From NCBI RefSeq assembly GCF_006345805.1, contig NC_043008.1:57598001-57662000 (forward strand): 64,000 bases of DNA. Reading direction: 5' to 3'. The notes under the pieces were generated by a model. It had not been told where the DNA came from and ran no database searches. It saw only the letters and a list, made by a program, of their open reading frames with translations. Of this stretch, positions 63,318 through 64,000 are shown in pieces. Both the position numbers and the translations under genes were made by a program. The stretch comes from Octopus sinensis (taxonomy: Eukaryota). Numbering within the stretch: the first letter of the stretch is position 1; every line of letters begins with the position of its first letter.

Positions 63318-64000
63318 ACAAGGCTGAGAAGTTCATAGGCTTTTATTCTTTTACTTGTTTCAGTCATTTGACTGTGGTCATGCTGGAGCACTGCCTTTAG
63401 AAAAGCAAATCGATCCCAGGACTTATTCTTTGTAAGCCTAGTACTTATTCTATTGATCTCTTTTGCTGAATCGCCAAGTTACGAGGACGTAAACACACCA
63501 ACATCAAGTGATGTTGGGAGGACAAACACACACACACAAATACACACACATATGTATATACGATGAGCTTCTTTCAGTTTCTGTCCATCAAATCCACTCA
63601 CAAGGCTTTGGTCGACCCAAGGCTAAAGTAGAAGACACTTGCCCAAGATGCCATGCAGTGGGATGAACCCGGAACCATATGGTCCGTAAGCAAGCTACTT
63701 ACCACACAGCCACTCCTACGCCTGATCAAAATACTCTGATGAAATGTAACCAAATGGGGTTTATTTTTCAACATAGTCTCCCTTATGGTTCACACATATC
63801 TTCCATTGGTGTTGCAGTGCTTGGATCCCATTGGTGAAGAAGCTTTCATCCTGTTGGTCAAAAAAGTCATCAACAGCTGATATGACTTTGTCACCACTGT
63901 GATACTGGTTTTTTAGCTAAGTGTTTGTTCACATTGAGGAACAGATGATAGTTAGATGGGGGCCAAATCAAGGGAATAGGGAGGTTGATCAACCAGAAAA
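63318..64000 (-). mobile_element. Mariner 3' portion running off the window, with SINE A inserted at 63342-63723
   Basis: Minus strand PPYSLDLAP/SNYHLF...FFTNGIQALQHQWKICVNHKGDYVEK* (stop at 63761-63763), frameshifted. Confidence 0.85.

Overview
AT-rich, microsatellite-dense animal genomic DNA. The repeat families (from memory) point to a coleoid cephalopod, probably Octopus. The window holds one confidently identified gene: a DCAF12 (WDR40A) orthologue on the + strand. It has 8 coding exons (17059-56604), all GT-AG with matching phases, giving 1233 nt or 410 aa ending GNYVGIWS. A CpG-rich promoter-like zone and possible non-coding first exon lie at about 2.0-2.5 kb. The rest is mostly transposon debris: at least four tRNA-derived SINE families, RTE and CR1/L2-type LINE 3' ends, Penelope-like remnants, Tc1/mariner/pogo fragments and MITEs, two TTAA-flanked piggyBac-type MITE families, a non-autonomous Helitron and a probable Chapaev/CMC-type transposase relic. 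Most short ORFs in the track are microsatellite artefacts. Best leads: (i) a near-intact minimal type I hammerhead ribozyme in intron 7 and a second in intron 1 whose lesions are mostly CpG transitions; (ii) a CpG-retaining, hairpin-rich island with splice signals in intron 5 (candidate poison exon or ncRNA); (iii) a Lys AAA codon at the human R203 degron-pocket position that one A-to-I edit would turn into Arg; (iv) tandem tRNA-like units with T-run terminators; (v) a triple tandem of RTE 3' ends. Everything was read by eye, with no searches run; repeat boundaries are approximate.
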